From a virus: a stretch of DNA of 43,685 bases. The notes beneath the pieces were generated by a model, which did no database searches, was not told the DNA's origin, and saw only the letters and a program-made list of their open reading frames with translations. Where the stretch lies: positions 1-43,685 of the IMG/VR virus record IMGVR_UViG_3300045988_135432, one strand, 5' to 3'. Each line of letters opens with the position of its first letter. The stretch's first letter is position 1. Of this stretch, positions 16,125-22,850 are shown in pieces. A program made the position numbers and the translations under genes.

Positions 16125-16326
16125 TGGGAATGAGCCTCCTTGTTACGAGTTCTGTGATTCCGGCGTTGTCAAGCCCTGAAACGTCGATTTCGAGATATCC
16201 GCCGTCGAAGATTATATAAACGTGCTCTTTTGTCCCCACCTTGCCGTAGGACACGGCGAGGATATCGTCGTCCAGCGCGCGGAGCAGCGGGGACAGGCGG
16301 GAGTGGACGAAATCGGTTTTCTTCAT
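16105..16326 (-). CDS. Hypothetical protein (73 aa)
   Basis: SD GGAGGGAGAA before the ATG at 16326. Confidence 0.6.
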   Translation of the reverse strand: MKKTDFVHSRLSPLLRALDDDILAVSYGKVGTKEHVYIIFDGGYLEIDVSGLDNAGITELVTRRLIPNDRGSK

Positions 16327-16619
16327 GCGTTCTTCTCCCTCCACTGTGTCCAATAGGCGCAGGGTCTTTCACCGCTGCGGTGCAGAATCGTTATGTTGTA
16401 CCAAAAATACGGATTCAGACCCCGTGGCGAGTACCCATTCGTGGAGAAAATATCGTTCTTCACTATCCAGTTCCAGCACCGGCGGAACATCTTAGCGTTC
16501 ATCCGGATTGCCTCGGGATAGAGGTCGGTGTGGCATCTTCCGTTCTCGGTGAAAACGCTGACCTGTGCCACAAGTGAGCAAACGAGATCGTTGTACTTCT
16601 TTTTCTGCCTTTTGTTCAT
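16323..16619 (-). CDS. Hypothetical protein (98 aa)
   Basis: SD GGAGGAGAAAA before the ATG at 16619. Confidence 0.6.
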   Translation of the reverse strand: MNKRQKKKYNDLVCSLVAQVSVFTENGRCHTDLYPEAIRMNAKMFRRCWNWIVKNDIFSTNGYSPRGLNPYFWYNITILHRSGERPCAYWTQWREKNA

Positions 16620-16635
16620 GGTTTTCTCCTCCTTT

Positions 16636-17019
16636 TTATTCCTCGCACATTTCGTCTGCCATCTGGCATGATATCTTCCAGAGCGTTTCCTGGTCATGCT
16701 CGATGACGGCGCGGACGGCTCTCCGGAGGTTTTCTACGGTGAGTTTTCCATCATCCACCATGATGTAGCAGTGCACCTCCGGGAACGCGAGCGTGAGGCG
16801 GTCGTTATCGACTGTCATCTTGAGATTGTCAAGCCTGTGCCCGTTTATGGGCTCCTGGTTTCCGGCGCGGTGTGCCAGCCAGCCGAGCATTGCGTCGGCG
16901 TCGTCTCCGAACTGGCTCATGGTGTGCTCGACCTGCATCTTCGAGACGATTTTTCTTATCGCGTCGGCAGTGTCTTCCTGCGCGGTCTCGGTCTTGTTGT
17001 TCTTCTTCTCTTCGTACAT
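16636..17019 (-). CDS. Hypothetical protein (127 aa)
   Basis: ORF within the operon. Confidence 0.6.
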   Translation of the reverse strand: MYEEKKNNKTETAQEDTADAIRKIVSKMQVEHTMSQFGDDADAMLGWLAHRAGNQEPINGHRLDNLKMTVDNDRLTLAFPEVHCYIMVDDGKLTVENLRRAVRAVIEHDQETLWKISCQMADEMCEE

Positions 17020-17037
17020 TTTGGTTTTCTCCTTTAA

Positions 17038-17286
17038 TCAATTATTCTCCCCGAGCAGTGTCGGGATAGTGACGTTAAGTGTGTTCGCGATACGCTGGAT
17101 TTCACCTATCGTAAACGTTTCCGGTCTTTTCCGCCGGTCGCGGAGGGTTGAGTACTTGAACCCCAGCGCGGCGGCGGCAGTTGAGCAGTCAACGCCGTCT
17201 CGCGTCCGTTTCATCATGTAGATGTCAACGGAGTCTCTGAGCGCGTCGAGCTGCTTTTCAGCGACCGTTTTGGACAGCCTCGGCAT
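17038..17286 (-). CDS. Small HTH DNA-binding protein (82 aa)
   Basis: SD AAAGGAG. AAALGFKYSTLRDRRKRPETFTIGEIQRIANTL is HTH-like. Confidence 0.6.
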   Translation of the reverse strand: MPRLSKTVAEKQLDALRDSVDIYMMKRTRDGVDCSTAAAALGFKYSTLRDRRKRPETFTIGEIQRIANTLNVTIPTLLGENN

Positions 17287-17497
17287 TCGCGGCGCTCCTT
17301 TCGTCCATGCTTTTTTCGTAGCGGTAGCAGATGGCGGTTGCCGCCGCGCGGACTTCCTGCGCATAGTCGGAGTTCCGCTCGCCGGAGAGAATCCGGCTGA
17401 GGAAACTGTCCGAGATTTCGTAGCCGAACATACGGAGCTGTGCTATAAGCCATCTCCCGGTCAGCTTATGTGTTTCCAGAAATTTCGATATATCCAT
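17258..17497 (-). CDS. XRE/Cro-like HTH protein (79 aa)
   Basis: LTGRWLIAQLRMFGYEISDSFLSRILSGER is HTH-like. Early operon position. Confidence 0.6.
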   Translation of the reverse strand: MDISKFLETHKLTGRWLIAQLRMFGYEISDSFLSRILSGERNSDYAQEVRAAATAICYRYEKSMDERSAANAEAVQNGR

Positions 17498-17909
17498 TGT
17501 TTATCATCACCGCCCTTTCTACTTCACGCCCGTGTCTTACCGTGCGGGTGTTCTTTCCTTCGCTGTCCCTCACGAGGTATCCATTCCTTGCGAGGGCGTC
17601 CAGCGCGTCTTTCGGTTTTACGCCGAGTTCTTTGAACCTGGCGTATGCCGCTTTCCGGCTTATCGCGATCCGGTGGTCGTATTTATCTTCCCAGATCGGC
17701 GTTTTAGCGAGTTCGTTGACCGCTTCGTACAGAGCTTTCAGGTCTGCCGCGATCTTCTCGTCTTTGGATTTCCGTTTTTGCTTTTCCTTGACGAGTGCCT
17801 TCTCGCACTCGGCGATCCGCTCGTCGAACCGGCGCATGGTCTCGGTGACGTCGGCGCGGAACGCCTTGATTTCGTCGAGAAGTTCCCTCAGCTCCTCGTT
17901 CGTGGTCAT
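17466..17909 (-). CDS. Hypothetical protein with an N-terminal coiled coil and a basic C-terminal domain (147 aa)
   Basis: SD GGAGGAGAA before the ATG at 17909. Confidence 0.6.
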   Translation of the reverse strand: MTTNEELRELLDEIKAFRADVTETMRRFDERIAECEKALVKEKQKRKSKDEKIAADLKALYEAVNELAKTPIWEDKYDHRIAISRKAAYARFKELGVKPKDALDALARNGYLVRDSEGKNTRTVRHGREVERAVMINNGYIEISGNT

Positions 17910-17925
17910 GGTGTTCTCCTCCATT

Positions 17926-18210
17926 TTAATCGTCGTCCTTCTCCGGGTTGTCTTCCTTCGGCGCCCCGTTGAGCAGCCATTCGATGATGTCAATCAGCTC
18001 TGCGATGTCCTGCGTCTCACCGTTGAAATGCAGATAGCTCTTGCCCGTGATGTTAAACGTTAGCCCGTCTGTGTCAACCCAGACAACGGCATGAACGCCT
18101 GCTGCTTTCGCCGCGCGGATCGCCTGATTGATGAGGCTGTAGACAAGTTCTTCCTGCCCGTGCTCGAGCTTCTCGAGCCATCCCTTGTTACTCCGTGTTT
18201 GTTCTGTCAT
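17926..18210 (-). CDS. Hypothetical protein (94 aa); first gene of the leftward early operon
   Basis: SD GGAGGAAAAAA before the ATG at 18210. Confidence 0.65.
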   Translation of the reverse strand: MTEQTRSNKGWLEKLEHGQEELVYSLINQAIRAAKAAGVHAVVWVDTDGLTFNITGKSYLHFNGETQDIAELIDIIEWLLNGAPKEDNPEKDDD

Positions 18211-18242
18211 GGTTTTTTCCTCCTTGAATTTGGCACAAAATC

Positions 18243-18271
18243 TTGACAAATCAATGGCAACGTGATATAAT
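18243..18271 (+). promoter_or_regulatory. Perfect consensus promoter TTGACA-17-TATAAT for the toxin-like mini-gene
   Basis: TTGACA 18243-18248, TATAAT 18266-18271. Confidence 0.75.
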
Positions 18272-18320
18272 AGTAGTACCACATAGCAACCGTCGGGTGA
18301 GGGCTCGACACCCTATACTG

Positions 18321-18338
18321 AGAGCGCCACAGAGCGCC
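18321..18338 (+). repeat. Tandem AGAGCGCC-AC-AGAGCGCC in the 5' leader, 10 nt upstream of the SD
   Basis: Exact 8-mers at 18321 and 18331. The same dyad occurs at 38414-38430 and 42192-42208 (minus sense). Confidence 0.85.
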
Positions 18339-18362
18339 GAACCGTAATGGGGAGGTGGTCTT

Positions 18363-18446
18363 GTGAGTAAATTCGAGAAACTGTACCTAACCGTATGCAT
18401 TCTCCAGCTCATCGTTGACCTCTTAATGCTTGGTCTGACGCTTTAA
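18363..18446 (+). CDS. 27-aa hydrophobic peptide (V/M)SKFEKLYLTVCILQLIVDLLMLGLTL, type I toxin / holin-like-toxin candidate
   Basis: GTG 5 nt after GGGGAGGTG. A single predicted TM helix. Under 60 aa, so absent from the ORF track. Confidence 0.55.
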   Translation: MSKFEKLYLTVCILQLIVDLLMLGLTL

Positions 18447-18501
18447 TCAACTGACCGTTTAAGCGACTGAGTTCACTGACATTTCGATTATCGCACATCC
18501 C

Positions 18502-18583
18502 AGAAAATAACCGCATTCAGGAATCCGCCTGAATACGGAGTACCCTCACCCGACGTCGTTTTGCCTGTCACGAATTTGTGACT
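18502..18583 (-). ncRNA. Candidate ~80-nt antisense RNA overlapping the 3' end of the toxin-like mRNA (or the attenuated leader of the early operon)
   Basis: It starts downstream of the perfect minus-strand promoter at 18590-18618. It ends at hairpin 18511-18538, which on the minus strand is followed by TTATTTT. Confidence 0.35.
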
Positions 18584-18589
18584 GATAAT
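18561..18589 (+). promoter_or_regulatory. Candidate repressor promoter TTGCCT-17-GATAAT with an inverted repeat GTCAC-N6-GTGAC in the spacer
   Basis: TTGCCT 18561-18566, GATAAT 18584-18589. Its -10 abuts the -10 of the divergent promoter. Confidence 0.45.
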
Positions 18590-18618
18590 ATTATACTCCA
18601 ACTTTCGTTCTATGTCAA
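18590..18618 (-). promoter_or_regulatory. Perfect consensus promoter TTGACA-17-TATAAT (leftward; early-lytic and/or antisense RNA)
   Basis: Reverse complement: TTGACA = 18618-18613, TATAAT = 18595-18590, 17-nt spacer. Confidence 0.75.
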
Positions 18619-18639
18619 GGGGTTAATAGAACTTTCGTT
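18600..18639. repeat. Two exact copies of AACTTTCGTT, 30 bp apart (operator candidates)
   Basis: Copies at 18600-18609 (inside the spacer of the leftward promoter) and 18630-18639. Confidence 0.6.
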
Positions 18640-18675
18640 GGATTCTGCGATGTGCACAAAGAGGGAGGGAGTACT

Positions 18676-19014
18676 TTGTTCAATATGGACATTTTCAAAG
18701 TTAGAATCAAAGAGCGTTGCAAGATCACCGGTGTGTCTCAAAAGCATCTATGCGATGCAGTTGGCAAAAGCAAACAATATCTGAACAACGTATGGGATGG
18801 TAAATGTAGCGCGACATCCGATGAGATTGCGTCGTTTGCATCAATCCTCTCTACTACTCCCGCCTACCTCACCGGTGAGACTGACGATCCCGCCCCCACG
18901 GGCAGCCCAGACGAGCTGTCCTCCGAAGAAAAAGAACTGCTCGAGCTTTACCGGAGCGTGTCCCCGGAGAAGCAGGAGTTGTTCAAGAAAATCATTGAGC
19001 AGATGAAAGGGTGA
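18676..19014 (+). CDS. XRE-family HTH repressor (CI-like)
   Basis: The TTG at 18676 lies 7 nt after GGAGG (an alternative ATG is at 18685). HTH GVSQKHLCDAVGKSKQYLNNVWDGK. Divergent from the early operon and upstream of int. Confidence 0.8.
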   Translation: MFNMDIFKVRIKERCKITGVSQKHLCDAVGKSKQYLNNVWDGKCSATSDEIASFASILSTTPAYLTGETDDPAPTGSPDELSSEEKELLELYRSVSPEKQELFKKIIEQMKG

Positions 19015-19452
19015 TTGGGTTTGAGCAAGAAATGCAACCGGTGCGGTAGAGAAGTCCCTGACGACGCGATACGATGCCCATACTGCACCGACAGCGGAAT
19101 CGGGGTAGATATGACCGGCGTGTCGCTGAAGGACGGCGATGAGACAGATAAGGTGTACCGTGAAGCGCACAGTGACAGCCGACCGGTGAAACAGTACGCG
19201 CCCGACTCCGTGCCGTGGCTGAGAAGAACGTCGGCGGTATTCAGTGTCGTGGCGGTGATTATATATGTTGCGGCGGTCATGGAGATAATCGGCGTATGCC
19301 TCAGCGGTATGTCGGGCGACGTCATCCCGTTTTGGGTAGGCGTTTTTTTCGGCTTGCTTGTAGTAGGCACTATTTATTCAGCAATCGGTGCGCACCTGAG
19401 CGGTATGGCGGATATAGTCGACGGTCTCGATGCGCTGAACAAAAAGAAATAA
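19015..19452 (+). CDS. Zinc-ribbon membrane protein (N-terminal CxxC...CxxC, two or three C-terminal TM helices)
   Basis: CNRCGREVPDDAIRCPYC, then hydrophobic segments. Co-transcribed with the repressor. Confidence 0.7.
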   Translation: MGLSKKCNRCGREVPDDAIRCPYCTDSGIGVDMTGVSLKDGDETDKVYREAHSDSRPVKQYAPDSVPWLRRTSAVFSVVAVIIYVAAVMEIIGVCLSGMSGDVIPFWVGVFFGLLVVGTIYSAIGAHLSGMADIVDGLDALNKKK

Positions 19453-19471
19453 AAAAGCCGCCCGAAGGCGG
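19447..19471 (-). terminator. Intrinsic terminator (T-tract on the minus strand; the hairpin may also stop the plus-strand repressor operon)
   Basis: GCCGCC cgaa GGCGGC, with an A-run on the plus strand upstream. Confidence 0.7.
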
Positions 19472-19479
19472 CGAGTGAG

Positions 19480-19635
19480 ACTATTCCTGCGACGCTTTGA
19501 GCCGCCGCAGGAGGGCGATTGCTTTGCGCTTGTTTTCAGGCGTAAGGGTGCGGAAGTTTTCGATGACACGGCGTTCATCTTGATCGAGGTGCTTGCTTCG
19601 GTCGGGCGGTTCGGGCTGATTCGATGTGTGCGGCA
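19480..19635 (-). CDS. 51-aa protein MPHTSNQPEPPDRSKHLDQDERRVIENFRTLTPENKRKAIALLRRLKASQE, resembling the C-terminal tail of the repressor
   Basis: SD GAGGA 6 nt before the ATG, with its own promoter and terminator. Under 60 aa, so absent from the ORF track. Confidence 0.55.
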
Positions 19636-19671
19636 TTTGTTGTCCTCGCTTTCGCGTTTATTTCATGATTC

Positions 19672-19700
19672 CATTATACACCTTTTTGCACAGAAAAGCA
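19672..19700 (-). promoter_or_regulatory. Promoter TTGCTT-17-TATAAT for the 51-aa ORF
   Basis: Reverse complement: TTGCTT = 19700-19695, TATAAT = 19677-19672. Confidence 0.6.
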
Positions 19701-19814
19701 AGGGCAATCGTAGGTCATTTTTCGACATTTTGTGGGTGATGGAGGACAATTCATGGTTAGCATAATAATAAATCCGGACATTTTGCGCCGGTTGATGGAT
19801 AAAGAGGTAATGAT

Positions 19815-20849
19815 ATGATTATGGACAAACTCCCGAGCGGCAGCTGGCGTGCAAGGGTGCTGATAGGAGAGAATAAGTACAAAACGTTTTCGGGCAAGGA
19901 TAAGAAGGACGTGCAGCTCCGCGCTGCACAGTTCGAGGCGGAGAGGAAGATGGACAAGCCTGACGATCCGTATGCGGGCATGACGGTTGGAGAGGCGATG
20001 GAGCGGTACGTCGAGGCGAAGAAGAATACCCTGTCGCCGTCGTCGTACCGCGAATTTACACGCATCAGGTTAAGCAATCTTTCTGCGTTGCGAAATGTAA
20101 AGCTCGCCGACCTGACGCAGGAGCAGGTGCAGCTTGCCATAAGCGCGGAATCCGCCGACCACTCGCCGAAGACTGTCCGCTGTATGCACGGGCTGTTGTC
20201 CTCGACGTTGAAAATGTTCCGACCGGATATGACGTTGCATACGAAACTCCCACAGACGCAGAAGAGTGAGATCGTGATTCCAGAGGAGGTTGACGTCATG
20301 TCTCTGCTGGCGACTGTGCGGGGAAGTGATATCGACGCCGCTGTTCACCTCGGCGCGCTGTGCGGGATGCGGATGTCGGAAATCCTCGGGCTGAGATGGT
20401 CTAAGGTGGACTTCGACGCGAAGACGATCCACATCTGCGCGGCGAAGATTAGAGGGATGGACAACAAAGCTACCATGAAGCTTCCGAAGACCAGAGCCGG
20501 CGACCGGACAATCAGGATGCTGCCCGCCGTCGAGGCGGCGCTCAGACGCGCGTATCAGCCGGATGCAGAGTTTGTCACCACACTGTCGGAGCGTACCGTG
20601 CGGAAGCACTATCAGCATGCGCTTGAGCTGTGCTGTGGCAAGCACTATACTTTTCACGCTCTGCGCCACTATGCGGCGTCTGTGATGATCCTGCTGAATA
20701 TCCCGGTGAAGTACATCGCCGACTATCTCGGGCACGAAACTGAAGACATGGTGAACCGCATCTATGGGCATATTATGCGGGACAAGAAGGATGAAATATT
20801 CGCCCGGCTTGAAGAATATTATAATAACATTTTGCAAAATCCGTCATGA
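19815..20849 (+). CDS. int: Tyrosine integrase
   Basis: Catalytic pattern R...HALRHYAASVM...GH...Y with an SAM-like N-terminal domain. Adjacent to attP. Confidence 0.92.
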   Translation: MIMDKLPSGSWRARVLIGENKYKTFSGKDKKDVQLRAAQFEAERKMDKPDDPYAGMTVGEAMERYVEAKKNTLSPSSYREFTRIRLSNLSALRNVKLADLTQEQVQLAISAESADHSPKTVRCMHGLLSSTLKMFRPDMTLHTKLPQTQKSEIVIPEEVDVMSLLATVRGSDIDAAVHLGALCGMRMSEILGLRWSKVDFDAKTIHICAAKIRGMDNKATMKLPKTRAGDRTIRMLPAVEAALRRAYQPDAEFVTTLSERTVRKHYQHALELCCGKHYTFHALRHYAASVMILLNIPVKYIADYLGHETEDMVNRIYGHIMRDKKDEIFARLEEYYNNILQNPS

Positions 20850-20860
20850 AATCCGTCACG
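20837..20860 (+). repeat. attP arm-type repeats AAATCCGTCATG / AAATCCGTCACG
   Basis: Tandem 12-mers overlapping the int stop codon. Confidence 0.7.
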
Positions 20861-20903
20861 CAAAAACCAAAGTGCCTTTATTTCAGACGTTTTTCGGATT
20901 AAG

Positions 20904-20934
20904 TTCACAAGTTCAAGTCTTGTCACTCAGACCA
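20904..20934 (+). other. attP core: 3' end of a tRNA (T-arm, acceptor 3' strand, discriminator A, CCA)
   Basis: ACAAG-TTCAAGT-CTTGT T-arm (20907-20923), CACTCAG, A, CCA (20932-20934). No 5' half is present. Confidence 0.75.
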
Positions 20935-21020
20935 AATGAATAAACCGCTTATCAAGCCGATAGGCGGTTTTTTCTTGTATTCATGCGGGTTTTCAGGCGC
21001 TCTTATTCCGCCTCACGTGA

Positions 21021-21086
21021 CGAAATTCCGCCGTCAAAAACGGTATTTCGGAATCAAATCTGTCACGAATCTGTCACGCTGTCATG
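21021..21086 (+). repeat. attP P'-arm repeats (CGAAATTCCGCCGTCA; AAATCTGTCACG, AATCTGTCACG, CTGTCATG)
   Basis: Direct repeats of C(C/T)GTCA(C/T)G-type sites in the same orientation as the P-arm copies. Confidence 0.6.
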
Positions 21087-21112
21087 AGAAAAGCCGGGGA
21101 TTTTTCCCCGGC
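21086..21112 (-). terminator. Intrinsic terminator at the end of the rightmost minus-strand units
   Basis: GCCGGGG aaaaat CCCCGGC followed by TTTTCTC on the minus strand. Confidence 0.75.
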
Positions 21113-21240
21113 TCCGTCACTCAACAATCCCGTGATAATATTCGGCGAGTTTCATCATAGGTTCGCCGCCGTCCTTATCAAACAGAAAATCCTTCGCGAG
21201 CTGCGCGTAAAACTCCACCAAATTTTTTTGAGTTGGCATA

Positions 21241-21262
21241 GAAAAAGGAGCGTTTCCGCTCC
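21241..21262 (-). terminator. Intrinsic terminator after 21269..21559
   Basis: GGAGCG gaaa CGCTCC followed by TTTTTC on the minus strand. Confidence 0.7.
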
Positions 21263-21268
21263 TCCGGC

Positions 21269-21559
21269 TCACGCCTTAAATTTCATGACCTTATCCAGCA
21301 GCTCCCGGTAAGCTTGCCGATGCCACTCGATGAGCTCGTCGGTCACTCCGTCGACAGCTCCGTGCATAGTCATTGCCCGGTCGTACCACTCTTTAACTTT
21401 CCCGAGCCGGTACTTCGCGTCCTCGATAAACAGCGCCGCGAGTTCCGGCTTTCCTGCTTCTTTCGCGTCTTCGGCGTAATCGTACGCCATCCCCGCGTCC
21501 TTGATGCCGTCGGTCGTCATCCAGATGACGCCGCGCATTACTTCGTCTTTCATTTTCAT
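21269..21559 (-). CDS. Hypothetical protein (96 aa)
   Basis: ORF overlapping the upstream stop. Confidence 0.55.
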   Translation of the reverse strand: MKMKDEVMRGVIWMTTDGIKDAGMAYDYAEDAKEAGKPELAALFIEDAKYRLGKVKEWYDRAMTMHGAVDGVTDELIEWHRQAYRELLDKVMKFKA

Positions 21560-21894
21560 CCTCCGATTATATAGTTGTAAAGCCTGTCGATATCGCCCGA
21601 GTTCACCGTCAGCGCGCCCATCAGCGGGATGTCAAAGGTAATCGCCCCGCGCTGAGCCTGTTTCGAGAACTCGCGGTAAATCGCGTCAATGTCGATTTGA
21701 TCCTGCTCGTCTATGACTCCCATCGCCGAGACGACGGGATTAGTTTTCAGCTGATTAAAAATCTCGGTCGACCGCGAGAGCATCCGCGACGCGCCCGCGC
21801 CGAGAACCCATTTCCGCCAGTCGGGGATTTTCGACAGTATTTCGGTTTCAAGATACTTCTCGACACCTGCCTGCACCTGTGCCAAAGTCACCAT
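21556..21894 (-). CDS. Hypothetical protein (112 aa)
   Basis: SD GAGGTG 5 nt before the ATG at 21894. Confidence 0.6.
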   Translation of the reverse strand: MVTLAQVQAGVEKYLETEILSKIPDWRKWVLGAGASRMLSRSTEIFNQLKTNPVVSAMGVIDEQDQIDIDAIYREFSKQAQRGAITFDIPLMGALTVNSGDIDRLYNYIIGG

Positions 21895-21910
21895 ACGCAC
21901 ACCTCACTTT

Positions 21911-21940
21911 TCAAAGACGGGGGCGGCGATTGCCGCCCCT
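21911..21940 (-). terminator. GC-rich hairpin terminator after 21947..22519
   Basis: GGGGCGGC aatc GCCGCCCC followed by CGTCTTT on the minus strand. Confidence 0.55.
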
Positions 21941-21946
21941 TGAAGC

Positions 21947-22519
21947 TTATCGGTTGCAGTCGCAGCCGCACCCGCACTTCGGGAGCGGATTGTACGTGCT
22001 CTGCGCTGTGGTCGCCGTGCCGGTCGTGACGTCCGCGACCATCTTGGGGTAGAACGTCGCGTTGGCGTAGGTGACGATGCTGTTGTCGCCGCAGCAGCGC
22101 TTTTCGGCTTCGTTGCGGATAGCGCCGTAAAGTTCGTTCTTGACGCAGTTGATGTCGGTGTGGACGGCTTCGAAGCTGTCCGCAACACGCTGATTTGTGA
22201 CCTGCTGTGCCGCGTCTGCCATCTCGAGTCCGCGCACCTTGCCGTCGAAATACTTGTACATATCAAGCATTTTCTGATCGGTGTAGGCGTTGGCGTCGCG
22301 CAGCTTCACTTCGGTCTCCAGCTCTGCGATTCTCGCCGCCTGCCCTGCCTCGTAGCGGTCGACGACGTGATCCTCGTTGCAGCCGTACGCGCCGTTTCTC
22401 CAGCCGCCGAAAAGTCCGTTCAGCCCGCCGTTAAGCAGTCCCAGACCGACGCCCGCCGTACCGATAATACCGGTCGTAAGAGCCGCGTTAGCCTTGCCGT
22501 TGCTTGCGAATTCTGCCAT
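21947..22519 (-). CDS. Moron-type protein: Gly-zipper N-terminus, coiled-coil middle, Cys-rich C-terminus (KCGCGCDCNR)
   Basis: 190-aa ORF bracketed by terminators, with its own upstream promoter-like sequence. No family recognised. Confidence 0.65.
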   Translation of the reverse strand: MAEFASNGKANAALTTGIIGTAGVGLGLLNGGLNGLFGGWRNGAYGCNEDHVVDRYEAGQAARIAELETEVKLRDANAYTDQKMLDMYKYFDGKVRGLEMADAAQQVTNQRVADSFEAVHTDINCVKNELYGAIRNEAEKRCCGDNSIVTYANATFYPKMVADVTTGTATTAQSTYNPLPKCGCGCDCNR

Positions 22520-22599
22520 GTGGATTCACCATCCTGTATATATACTCGGATTTATCATCCGGCACATATATGATACCACAGTTCCGCCGAAAAGTGTAC

Positions 22600-22630
22600 G
22601 ACAAAAACCGGACAGTTTTCACTGCCCGGT
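22600..22630 (-). terminator. Intrinsic terminator after the lysis cassette
   Basis: ACCGGGCAG tgaaaa CTGTCCGGT followed by TTTTTG on the minus strand. Confidence 0.75.
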
Positions 22631-22635
22631 TCGCT

Positions 22636-22848
22636 TTATAGATGATTTATGATTTTCCGCTCACAGCAGCTGACGATCCGCTGTGTCTGCCGCACAGACA
22701 GGTCGAATTCTTCCGCGAGCGGCTCAAATTTCACCCCGTCAAGCCAGCGGCGCTTAAAAATCCGCCGCCAGAGTTCGTCGTGTATCAGCTCATCGATCAG
22801 CCGCGACCACTCGGAGCGTGTGAGATCGGCGGCGTCGTCGGCTCTCAT
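22636..22848 (-). CDS. Small sigma-70 region-4-like HTH protein (70 aa)
   Basis: RRIFKRRWLDGVKFEPLAEEFDLSVRQTQRIV resembles a sigma region 4 HTH. Confidence 0.55.
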   Translation of the reverse strand: MRADDAADLTRSEWSRLIDELIHDELWRRIFKRRWLDGVKFEPLAEEFDLSVRQTQRIVSCCERKIINHL

Positions 22849-22850
22849 GA

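Larger units (their letters stand above)
18291..18555 (+). other. Long-range 13-bp 5'-3' helix closing the toxin-like transcript
   Basis: CGTCGGGTGAGGG (18291-18303) is the exact complement of CCCTCACCCGACG (18543-18555), which is followed by TCGTTTT. Confidence 0.6.

Noticed and set aside
18211-18300. A dedicated minus-strand promoter immediately upstream of the first early gene (18210)
   Set aside because: The best candidates (TTGCTA or TTGCCA with poor -10 boxes or wrong spacing) are unconvincing. Transcription more likely comes from the perfect promoter at 18590-18618.
18565-18575. CTGTCACGAAT shared between the switch region and the attP arm (21060-21070), suggesting one regulator for both
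   Set aside because: Exact 11-mer matches between two loci are expected many times by chance in a 43.6-kb genome, so this is not evidence on its own.
20881-20934. A complete tRNA gene next to the integrase
   Set aside because: Only the T-arm, the acceptor 3' strand and CCA can be drawn. No D-arm, anticodon arm or 5' acceptor strand is present, so it is an attP core fragment.
21117-21239. 40-aa minus-strand ORF (MPTQKNLVEFYAQLAKDFLFDKDGGEPMMKLAEYYHGIVE) between two terminators
   Set aside because: No SD lies within reach of the ATG, because the preceding sequence is the terminator U-tract. It is plausible but unsupported, so it is left uncalled.
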